From assembly GCF_009914755.1 (NCBI RefSeq), contig NC_060928.1: a stretch of DNA of 64,000 bases, one strand, 5' to 3'. The translations under genes and the position numbers were made by a program. The stretch comes from the human T2T-CHM13v2.0 reference genome, Homo sapiens. Below the pieces are notes generated by a model. That model saw only the letters and a list, made by a program, of their open reading frames with translations, did not search any database and was not told the DNA's origin. Shown here piece by piece: positions 26,551 to 43,063 of this stretch (position 1 is the stretch's first letter; each line of letters opens with the position of its first letter).

Positions 26551-27720
26551 AAACATGTTGAGGGTTAAATGTTACTTTGTACAATCTTTCCTCACACTGT
26601 CTACCTGCTATATTTCACTAAAGAACAATGAGAATTTCTTGCTTTTCTAGTTTCATGTTTTGGGAATAGCTCAATTTTTCAGCAATGCAGAAGTCATTGA
26701 CAGACAAAAATATTTCGACTACATGATTTATTATCTGTCATTAAATGAAACACATACATTCACAAAATTGTTGTTCTTGTCTCATGAATTTTCAGATTAA
26801 CTTTTGGGTTTCTTTACTGTTACTGCATATATATTTTCTCTTAGATTTCTATCTATACTAACAAGAAGACTAACTTTTAATTTTCAGAGAAAAACTACAT
26901 ATTCTCTATAAATATTTTCAAGAGCTCCATTTACCATTAATATGTTATACTTAATAGCCTAGCCTGGTTATTGAATATATATATGTAATTTTACTGATTA
27001 GAATTGCTTTAGGTCAGAAGTTCTTCTTTTCTGAAAGTGCATCGGAGGATTTCTAATTGATGAGTTCCAAAATTTGTTTTATATTCCTGCAGAATTTTGC
27101 CAACACAGTGAATGGAGCAAAGGGCTGAAACAGCCATAGCTCCATGAAGCTCAGATGACACTTCTGCAAAATGAGCTTCAATTCAGTTACATTTACAAGT
27201 AAGAATTAGTTTTCTGGCCTTTGGCTCCAGATGATGGACTCCTATAATTAGACTTTAAAGTTTTGCATGTGATTAAATCTGCAATCCTTTGATTCCCCTC
27301 ACCAAAGCACGTTATACAAGTTTTTAAACCTCTCTCTATTTGCCTTCAAGCTTTTGTGCTTTTCTCCTTATGTAATCTCAAAACAGTTTAATAGGACATC
27401 TATTTTGAGTCCTATAAATATAAATACCTTGGGGAGTTTTTTAAAAAATAAATTAGATAAAAATTAGTATGATGACTACTCTTTCTCTCCTTTTTAAAAA
27501 TGGGTTAAGATACTTTGAAAAACTTTTAAGGTTTATAAAGTAGGTATAGAAGAGGAAAAGTTTAGAGAAATCTTACACTCTAAGAGGGAGCTCATTTGGC
27601 ATCAAAAGATAAAGGCACACAGTCCTGCCAAAATTAGAAAGGGACAAAGCCAATAAAGTAAAATATCTTTTCTTTATGTATAGCCCCTGGCATATTATAC
27701 TTGCTTAGGAGATGTTCATT

Positions 27721-27790
27721 TAGTTATAATTATAGTTATATTATAATTATAGATAATTATATAATGATTATATAATTTATTATGATAATG
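27721..27790. repeat. AT-rich low complexity, (TTATAA)n-like
   Basis: Read directly. Confidence 0.8.
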
Positions 27791-27977
27791 AAAATGCCTC
27801 AGAGCTGGTGAACAAGTAATCACTGGATTAAGATCTTCTTGGAGGTGCCTCCATTTCTAACAAGTCCTTTTATTTTTATGTAACATAAATTATGCAAGAA
27901 TATGTGCTTAATAAAACAAAGGCAAGTCAAATGAAAGTAAAATTTCACATTATATTCTTTGATTATATATATGTGTT

Positions 27978-33065
<5,088 letters not shown>

Positions 33066-33069
33066 TGTA

Positions 33070-35030
33070 GTACTATTACGTGTGTGGTTGAAAAGAATGT
33101 ATTCTGATGCCATTGGATGGAATGTTTTATATATGTCTGTCTATTATGTCTATTTGGTCTAAAGTGCATTTAAAATCCAGTGTTTCCTTACTGCCTTTCA
33201 TTTGGACGATCTATCCATTGTTGAATGTCAGGTATTAACATTACCTATAATTATTACATTGCTATTTTTTCTCCCTTTAGCTATGTTAATGTATATATAT
33301 GCTTTGATGTTGGCTGAATATATAATAGTTTTATCTTGTGATAAATTGACCCTTTGTCATTATATAATGACCTACTTTATCTGTTGTGATAGTTTTTAAT
33401 TTTAAGTATTTTGTCCGATGTCAGTGTAGCTACTCCTGCTTTCTTTTGATTATCATTTTCATAGAGTACCTTTCTTCATCCCTTTACTTGCAGTTAATTT
33501 GTATCCTTAAAACGGAGGTGACTCTCTTATAGGTAGCATATGGTTGGATTTTATTTTTGGTTGTTTTGCCCCCCCCCCTCCATTTAGCCACTCTGTCTTT
33601 TTATTGAAGAATTTAGTCCATTTGCAACTAAAGTAATTATTGATAGGTAATCGATAAAGACTTACTGTTGCTATTTTGTTAATTATTTTCTAGCTGTTTT
33701 ATAGATTTTTTGTTTCTTTCTTCCTCTCTTCCTTTGTGATTTAATGATTCTCTATATTGGTATGCTTTGAATCTTTTTCCCTTATTTTTTATATATTCAC
33801 CGTAGATTTTTGCTTTGTGGTTGCCATGAAGCTTACATAAAATATCTTACAACACTCTATTTTGAGCTGATAACAACTTAACTTAGATCATATATATGAA
33901 CTCTACACTTTCACTACCCCCCATTTTATGTTTTTGATGTCACAATTTACATTTTGCATTGTATATTAATTAACAAATTATTGTAACTATAGTTATTTTA
34001 ATACTTTTGTATTTTAACTTTTATACCAGTTATTATAAATCATTCACATGCCACCATTATAATACTATCCTGAATTTGATTGTTTACCTTTACCAGTGAG
34101 TTTTATGCTTTCATATGTCTTTAAGTTACTAATTAGTATTAATTTATTTCATCTCAAAGAATTCCTTTTAGAATTTCCTGAAAGTCACATCTAATGGTGA
34201 AGAACTCCCTCTTCTTTTATTTGTGTGTAAAAGTTTTTATTTCTCCCTCATTGCTGTATGACCGCTTAGCTTGGTAAAGTATTCTTGGTTGAGAGATGCT
34301 TTTTTTTCCCCTCTCTTTCAACGCTTTGTATATATTATCTCACTCTGCCCTGGCCTGTGAGGTTTGTGCAGAGAAACCCACTGATAGCCACATGAGAATT
34401 ACCTTATATGTGATTAGCTTCTTCCCCCTTGCTGCTTTCAAAATTCACTCTTTTTCTTTGATTTTTGACAGTTTGATTATAACATGTTATGATGCAATCT
34501 TCTTTGGGTTGAACCTCATTGGAGATATGTGATCTTCATGTACTTAGAGTTCCATATCCCTCTCCAGATTTGGAATGTTTTCAGTCACTACTTTTAAAGT
34601 TTTTAAAAACTTGTTAATTTCTCTCTACTATACTGCTAATGTTAGCTTTCTTGACATCTTATAAATCTCATAGGCTTTTAAAATTTCTTTTTTTAAAATA
34701 ACTTTTTCCCTTCTGGGTAATTTCAAACAACATTTCCATGAGTTTTCTTATTCTTCTGTTTGTTTGATCAAATCTCTACTTATGCTTTCTATTTTATTTT
34801 TTAATTCAGTCATTGCATTCTTCAGTTCCAAAATTTCTGTTGCGTTCTTTTTAAAAAATGTTTTATTAATGTTGTTTAAGTTTCTCATTGTGTTCTTGTA
34901 TTATTTTTCTGATTTCATTAAGTTGTTTATGTCCTGTTGTAGCTCACTGAGCTTCCTTAGAACAATTACCTTGAATTCTTTGTCATCCAATTTATGTATT
35001 TCAATTTATTTTGAAATAATAATTCAAAAG
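33070..35030 (-). mobile_element. Second old L1M copy (endonuclease region into ORF1)
   Basis: Restarts the same reverse EN region seen at ~32120 and continues into ORF1-type CTGGCCTGTGAGGTTTGTGCAGAGAAACCCACTGATAG. Confidence 0.75.
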
Positions 35031-35032
35031 AC

Positions 35033-35127
35033 TGAGGATATCAGTCTTTTTTCTCTTAAGACATCCAAATGATTGGAGGTATCAATCAATCATTATGCCT
35101 AGTTGATGCATAAAATTAACCATCACA
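35033..35127 (-). mobile_element. MLT2 LTR remnant
   Basis: AGTTGATGCATAAAATTAACCATCACA is the reverse of the MLT2 start TGTGATGGTTAATTTTATG. Confidence 0.8.
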
Positions 35128-36055
35128 AATCTACCCCTTGTCAACTTGACACCCATACATGTTTCCCTAAGCCATAGTTAATTTCTAAATAAGGATAAGA
35201 GGTAGGACATACTTATATTTAACATGAAACAATTCAAAATGCACTAACTCTTTATCCAAAAGGTAATCCAAAATGTATAGGTGTTGTTCACTCTCTTCCT
35301 TGGTATCCTGTAACTTAAATATTATGATGTAATCTTAAGAACACTTAAATACTATGATATAATCAACTTATATAATAAGGAGGTAATAGAGAAAGAAAAA
35401 TACATCTTCTATGAACACACACAAATGTGTCCATAACAAAATAAGAAAAATATCCTTATGACGCTTATAGTCCTTGCTTCTGGAACTGGTCACATTGTTG
35501 TAGTTGGTATTTATAACCACCTTCTTCCATTATCCATTCAATATTCCCTTTGCCTTCAGCAAGTACCTCAGCTGATGATGGTTCTTTATCTAATGAAGTA
35601 AAGGGTTATTCCTGAAGATTCCAAGTCATTAGTAGTCCTGTCTTAATTGGGTTGTTTTGGTTTGTTCTTGGCTTTAATCACAGGACACAGCAATACTAAG
35701 AAATATCTCCCATATTCCAGACATTTTCTTTCTTATTGCCAATGTGAAATAGTAGTCCAATTTCCCCTTTGTAAGCAGGATCAAAACATTGTAACTCTCT
35801 TCTTTTCCTATTGATTCAGAGACATGAAGATCCCAAAGTGGGTGAGTAACAGTCTTAACTTTCAGTTAAATAGTGTAATTGTTGTGTCTTGTTGTAGAAG
35901 CATTTCTCCCTTTGAAGCTAAGACTGTTAGGCCAGCAGAGCATAAAGTCATGGGAACAGAAAGCAGAATTTTTCTAGTGGGCCACTAGGAGTAGCAGTGA
36001 TGCCACAGCCATTTGCACCCCATGATTCCTGGACCTGTGAATCCTGGATATGGGG
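35128..36055 (-). mobile_element. ERV-L internal fragment (integrase C-terminus/dUTPase region and polypurine tract)
   Basis: Minus-strand peptides RIHRSRNHG and AEVLAEGKGNIEWIME match HERV-L pol; CTACCCCTTGTCAACTTG abuts the LTR. Confidence 0.88.
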
Positions 36056-36469
36056 GTGTAACCTACCACATTTGGCAGCTGATTGACCTGAGAGAGTTAC
36101 AAGTACAGAGAATACTCAAACGCATCCTGTTTTAATTCCCAGTGTCAACATTACTTTGTACCCTCACTGTCAGTACCCTAATTTAGATCTTTATTGCAGT
36201 AGGAATAATTTATTACAGTAGTCCCTAAATTATTTACTTCTTCCATCTCGCCTTATAATTTCTTGAGCATTTATTCTACATGCTGCTATTTTACATATCA
36301 TTCCTTCTTAAAATTATGTAATATTCCTGTGTTCACAATACAAAGTTTACATAATTTTTTCAAACTTTCAATTACATGAAAAATGACCTCTATTTGCCTT
36401 ACAGTTCAAAATATGACATTATACAATGCAAATGACAATTATGCAAAATAATTTTGGCTAGATAAACAC

Positions 36470-36775
36470 TTTGGCTTAAAAAATATAAAGATGAGTTTAA
36501 ATCTCAAGCTACAAGAAGCATAAGGACACAGTTTGACCTTAACCATCTTTTGTCTTGGCTCTCTCATACAGAGCTCTGCTTCTTTCTGAATGTGAACTTA
36601 ACTCTTTCTCACTGATGATAGCTGTCTCCCCATGGGGGTAATATAATTACCAACCACTCTAGAGCCATACACTTCATAGTTTCTGTCACTAGGCAAGAAA
36701 AGACTCTTTTTTCACCTCATAAAATTCTGGAATGCAATCTCACTGTTATGGTCTAGAGTCATGTGCCAACAGAAG
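36470..36775 (-). mobile_element. MLT1J/K-like LTR fragment
   Basis: GCTCTGCTTCTTTCTG...CTCCCCATGG...CTCACTG..GAGTCATGTGCC. Confidence 0.45.
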
Positions 36776-37648
36776 ATTCAGCTCTTGCAGAGACTTCATA
36801 TTTGAAACAGAAACAGACAGAAAGCAGGAGATAGGGGAGGTAAGATCAAATGAGAGTTAAAACACAAACACAATCTTTCAAATTTCTTTTGACTTTTTCT
36901 AAACAAAACCTGATTTCTCCAGATTTTCTGAGACATACAAAATGCATTTCAATCTGTGTTAGTGCCGTGTTTCTCAACTTCAATGTCTATTCCGTGTTCC
37001 CATTCGCACATCCAAGTTTTGAACTTCCTATATGGGGTTCAAGTCTACTACTTCTACAAAATGTTTTAAAAGCAATCCAGACTTCAGGACTTTTAAGTTA
37101 TTCTAATGACATTTTTTACTATTTAAAAAGTGGTATATACTAATTTCTGTTCCTGTTTACATTTATTCTAATATTCATTTTTCTGATTATATGAAAAATA
37201 TAGCCTCATCAATGTAATAATCAAAATTTACAATACCTAGTAACTCTAGTGAAGAATGAATTTCCCAACACTAATTTCTTTTGCTGTTACTGAAATCATA
37301 AAAAACCAGGCATTCAAATTTTGAGAACTCTTGAATGTCAAATTTAGAACTCTAATATGAAGGTGTTAAGAATTTGTATAATTTTTCCATGAAAAATCAA
37401 CAATAATTAAAATTGAAATTATGCTTTTGGAGGATTAATGTGGAAGTGCTTTTTTGATTAGTTAAAAATCAAAGAAACGAGGCAACAAAACTCAAAAGAT
37501 GATTTTATTGCAATCCTATTTTCCTATTTTGATTTTATTCAGTGTGATTCTTCTTATTCAAAAAAAACAGTTTACCTAACTGCAGAATTCAAGACATGAT
37601 TTAGACTTAAATTAAGCATTTTATTTTTATTTTAAAAAATTAAAAATA

Positions 37649-37926
37649 TGGGGGGAATAGAGAGATGTAAGTCAAAGGGTACAAAGTTTCAGTTTATGTC
37701 AGATGAATAAATCTAGAGATCTAAGTACAGCATGAGGAGTATAGTTAATAATATTATACTATATACTGGAAATTTTCTAAGAGAATAGATTTTAGGTGTC
37801 CTTCGCACAAAAAAGGTAACCATGTGGATATGTTAATTGGCTTAACTGTAGTTATCATTTCACTATATGAATATATATAAAAACGTCATGTTTTATGCAT
37901 TAAATGTATGCAATAAAAAGAAAAAA
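37649..37926 (+). mobile_element. L1MA8/9-like 3' end
   Basis: GTCAAAGGGTACAAAGTTTCAG...CTAGAGATCTAAGTACAGCATG...AATAAA; AAAAAATTAAA on both flanks. Confidence 0.85.
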
Positions 37927-38109
37927 TTAAATTATTTACCACTTTTATGAAGGCCAAAAACTTCTTTTCCCACTCTGGTTGCTCTGGATAGTGACAGTTT
38001 TTAGTTCATCAATTATATGTATATGTAATGTTTCCGTTTTGGTTCTTTATAGTGAAGCAAAAATTCAAGTAAATACTTTTGAAGCAAACTATGTATCTTC
38101 TAAATTTTT

Positions 38110-38352
38110 ACAATTTTATAACCTATTCTTTTTGAACGATTTACTGCTTACAAGAAGCTGAAAAAATAATACAGAGGGTTTTCATGCACATTTCACGCAA
38201 CTTCCTCCAATAATAATAATAGCTTACATGACAATAGCACATTGTTAAAAAATGGAAACTTACATTGAGGTAATACTGTGAACTGAGGTACAGGTTTTAT
38301 TTGAATTTAACCAGTTTAGATATGCACTTTTATTTTTAGTGCATAGTTCTAT
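38110..38352 (-). mobile_element. L1MC/MD 3' fragment
   Basis: CTTACAAGAAGCTGAAAAAATAATACAGAG...GGAAACTTACATTG. Confidence 0.6.
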
Positions 38353-38490
38353 GCACCTCCACCTCCCAGGTTCAAGTGATTCTCCTGACTGAGCCTCCCA
38401 AGAAACTGGGACTATAGACACCTGCCACCATGCCTGGTTAATTTTTGTATTTTTAGTAGAGATGGGGTTTCATCATATTGGCCAGGCTGG
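38353..38490 (-). mobile_element. Alu central fragment truncated at both ends
   Basis: CCTCCACCTCCCAGGTTCAAGTGATTCTCC...GGCCAGGCTGG with no tail and no 5' end. Confidence 0.9.
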
Positions 38491-38848
38491 AGAATTTTTT
38501 AAACATTATTTTCACCAAACTTGTTTCTTTGCTTTGATCCTGAAGACATTACCTTTTCAGATGGCTTTATACATAGATTTTGCTTTATGTGGAACTTTTA
38601 GATCATGGGTTTGGACTATGCTGTTTCAGATTATTGTGCTAACAATGGGTTTATCTTGACTATGCATATAATTTAAAGGGAAAAAAAAGGAAGGAACATG
38701 TAGACCAGTTGACTATACATGGTTTTATATTGGGTCCTCTACTAAAAACTTTAGAATATAATTTTGAAAGAAGTTAGGGCTTGAAAGAGCTTGACCAGCG
38801 TATAAAATGCTAATGCATGATGTTTTATAAGTACAAACTCAACTGAAC

Positions 38849-38988
38849 TTTATTTATTTTAATTTCAAATTTTAAACTTTAGATTCAATCAGCGCACGTG
38901 TAGGTTTGATATATGGGTATGTTGTATGATGCTGAGGTGTGGGGCATGATTGATCCTGTCACCCCAGTAGTGAGCATAATATCCAATA
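38849..38988 (-). mobile_element. Short L1PA15/16-like 3' end
   Basis: ATGATGCTGAGGTGTGGGGCATGATTGATCCTGTCACCC; TSD TCAACTGAA at 38839-38847 and 38989-38997. Confidence 0.85.
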
Positions 38989-39705
38989 TCAACTGAATAG
39001 TAATACAAGACTTGCCAAGTTGTCTAAAGATTTAAAAGATGATAAAACATAGGAAATGGACCCAGATGAGTCTATTAGAACACAATCATATACAATTGAA
39101 AAGCAAGCTCTTAGTTGGATACTTCCACAGAAAAACCAGTGAAGAAATTCTACCATTTTTGAAATGGTAAAGTAGTTACCATAAATAGTAACACATTCTT
39201 GTTCCTGAAACAGGTCTGCCAGGAATTATTCTTGAAAGAGCTCTTATTGATTGGGCAAGACTATTACATAGATATTGAAACAATGCTACCAACTCCTGTC
39301 ATAGCAAATATCTTCCTCTAGAAATTAAAACTAATAAACTGAGGAAATAATATAAGTTGATGAACCTATGAAACATCTACCAGTGAAAACGAATAAACTA
39401 ATTAAAAACACTATATTGATCAAATACAATATGCCTTTGAGTATATATGGCAACCAGACAGATGTATCCTCTGAAAGAGTGATAGGTTGATTTTTGTGTG
39501 ACAAGAGGAAGAGAGAAAGGGTGAGGAGGGAGAGAGAAAAGGATAGTCTGGGGGTGATATTGATTTGGGGAAAAGAAAATTATTGCTCAGACACATTGAC
39601 CTGAAAGTAAAACCAGATGTACAAGGAAAAATAGAAATAGAATGAAAGTAACAAAAATAATAAGAATGAGCTGTTTGAAATCAAGGACAAAGGATGTTTT
39701 AATAG

Positions 39706-40056
<351 letters not shown>

Positions 40057-40914
40057 TATCTTCACTAATTTTACCAGGCAACTCTTTCAAATGATATTAA
40101 GTATAAATAGACAAACTGAGCTTTAAAGTTTAAGAAGGTAATATGTTGCAAACTTTAAACATTATGAATTCATGTATCCTTTTTTAAAATAAGTCTTCTA
40201 ATACCTAATAATGTTACTTATCTTTGGCTTAATAATAAAATTATAAATTGACTAAGATGGATTGAGCATTTATTCCATTTTAAAAACTGGACACTACTTA
40301 GTAGATACAGATTTTATTCTTATTTTACTCATGAAAATAATCTACCTAAAATAGAAAGAAAGTTGATAAGTAGTAAAGAAAGGACTCAACTTTGGTCACT
40401 AGTAAGATAGTCACATATTTACCTAGGTATAACTATTGCAAAATCCTCAAAGGAGGTTGATACCTTCCTTTTTGCTTCATGTTTTTGAGAACAGTAATTT
40501 GTTTGACTATACAAACAAGAATGCAGCCATGAAAAACGAAAGACCTTATGGCATTAAAAAAAATACAAAAGAAAACAAAAAACGAAAACAAAATTAGCTA
40601 CTTAGGAAAAAATAGACAAGTGTTTTCTACCTCTCTGTTTCCAGCAAGAGAATTTTCAAGTATGTACTTTTGCTCATATGGTCCTTTTGTTCTCTCGTGT
40701 TTCCAACATTCTGGCAGAAATCACTGTAAAAATGTTGGGCAGTGCAGAATTCTATGAGGCTGGAATAGATTTTGAAGTATAAGTCCCAGGTAACATGCCT
40801 GCAGTATGCAAAGTTCAAACAACCTACCTGGTTAGAACAAAACAAGGGTTTATGACACTGTTAGAAAACATTTCCCTGAGAGCGTCATGTGGGAGAATAA
40901 AAGCCTCTTATGCC

Positions 40915-40993
40915 TGCATAAATCTGTTTTCTGTTGCTATAACTGATTACCATATGCTGAGTAATTATAAAGAAAATAAATTTATTCTTACAG
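40915..40993 (-). mobile_element. MST/MLT1 LTR terminal fragment
   Basis: TGTTGCTATAACTGATTACCATATGCTGAGTAATTATAAAGAAAATAAATTTATT. Confidence 0.65.
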
Positions 40994-41026
40994 AAAAAAA
41001 AAAAAAAAACTTTCAAGAAATATTTT

Positions 41027-41334
<308 letters not shown>

Positions 41335-41407
41335 GAAATATTTTACAATAGTTTTGCTTTTTCTGCTCGGGTTTCATGATGCAGAATCATGCTGTAAGGA
41401 TCAGAAT

Positions 41408-41442
<35 letters not shown>

Positions 41443-41513
41443 AATATTTTACACTATTTTTGCTTTTTCTGCTCGGGTTTCAAGATGCGGAATCATGCTG
41501 TAAGGATCAGAAT
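41335..41513. repeat. 73-bp direct repeat separated by CAGC plus A29
   Basis: 41335-41407 versus 41441-41513, 4 mismatches. Confidence 0.95.
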
Positions 41514-41791
41514 AAACTTTTACCAATATGATTGTTTCTGTAATATTTTTGATAATTTCCTTAAAGATATAATACACATTTTACCATAAACTCATATAAA
41601 AATAGCTGTTATCATGGATTACAATAATAATAAAAACGTCATGAAGCGTTTTCATTTTTGTGTCTTAAAGTTAAATGTACGTATACATATTTAGGTAAAC
41701 CATAATTTTTTGTAAAGACAAATAACTACCCAAGACTAACACTTTAAAAATTGTGAAGAAATTAAGGGCAAACAATTTGTCTTTGATATCA

Positions 41792-41985
<194 letters not shown>

Positions 41986-42871
41986 GAAGACCATTGCCAC
42001 TTTTAGAGAGTTAGAATTAAGTAGTCTATGTATATATTTTTCCTTCAGTATCACAGGTAGAGAGTTTAAGCACAATCTCTACATGATTTAAAGTTATCTG
42101 AGCCTCCTTTTACACTAGCTGTAAAAAGGTCTGAACAAACTGAATTTGATAAATATGAAATGACAAACATTAATTCAATGCTGTCACATCAATGTATTTA
42201 AATGGGGCAGTGGAGAGAAAGACCAATAATTAGGCAGAGAACTCAAAGATGTAAAGCAAAGTGGACCACAGGTCATGGTACTGGAGCAAGAGAGGCACTG
42301 TGCCTGTAGAAACAAACCCAGGGTCAACAGGAAAGCAGGCAAGGTACCTGGTGTCCCGTTTGCTATTGGTAATTAACAAGCCACCCCCCAGATGTGGTGG
42401 GAAAATAGCCATTAAGCTCACAGACTGCGTGGGTCTGAAATTCAAGCAGGGTACAGAGCAAAAGATTCGTTTGTAGTCCACAGTCAGGCTTTAAGAATGT
42501 GTGACTTTCAGTCTCAAAACCATGTAAACCCCACATAAACGAGAACAAATTGCACTGTAGAAGAGCATGTGCACTAGAAGATTTTGCTATCACGAGCATT
42601 CTAAAATAAAAGCTATCATGATTAGGGACATGGACAAAGAAACTCCTTGATTACCTGGCTAGGTGAAGTACCATTACCCTGGCTGACAGCAACATATTTT
42701 AATAGACTTTACTAAATCTTTTTTACTTTGTATCCAAGGTGTATCATACAATACCTTACATATGTTTGGTTAATATTTATTGCATATTCAATTATGGGTT
42801 AAATTTTTTTAAATGATGATAAAAATAAGCCCAACACTAAAGCTGGACTGACTTTTTAAAAATTGAGATAT

Positions 42872-43063
42872 AATTCGTACCATAAAATTCACCTATGTAA
42901 AATGTACAAAGGTTTTTAATATATCTACCAATGTGTGCAAACATCATCACTATCTAATTGCAGAATAAATTCATACCATAAAATTCACCTATGTAAAATG
43001 TACAAAGGTTTTTAATATATCTACAAATGTGTGCAAACATCATCACTGTCTAATTGCAGAATA
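42872..43063. repeat. 96-bp tandem duplication
   Basis: 42872-42967 versus 42968-43063, 3 mismatches. Confidence 0.95.

Noticed and set aside
42210-42600. GC-richer patch with overlapping short ORFs
   Set aside because: No recognisable protein or splice structure; may be an unrecognised old repeat that I cannot assign
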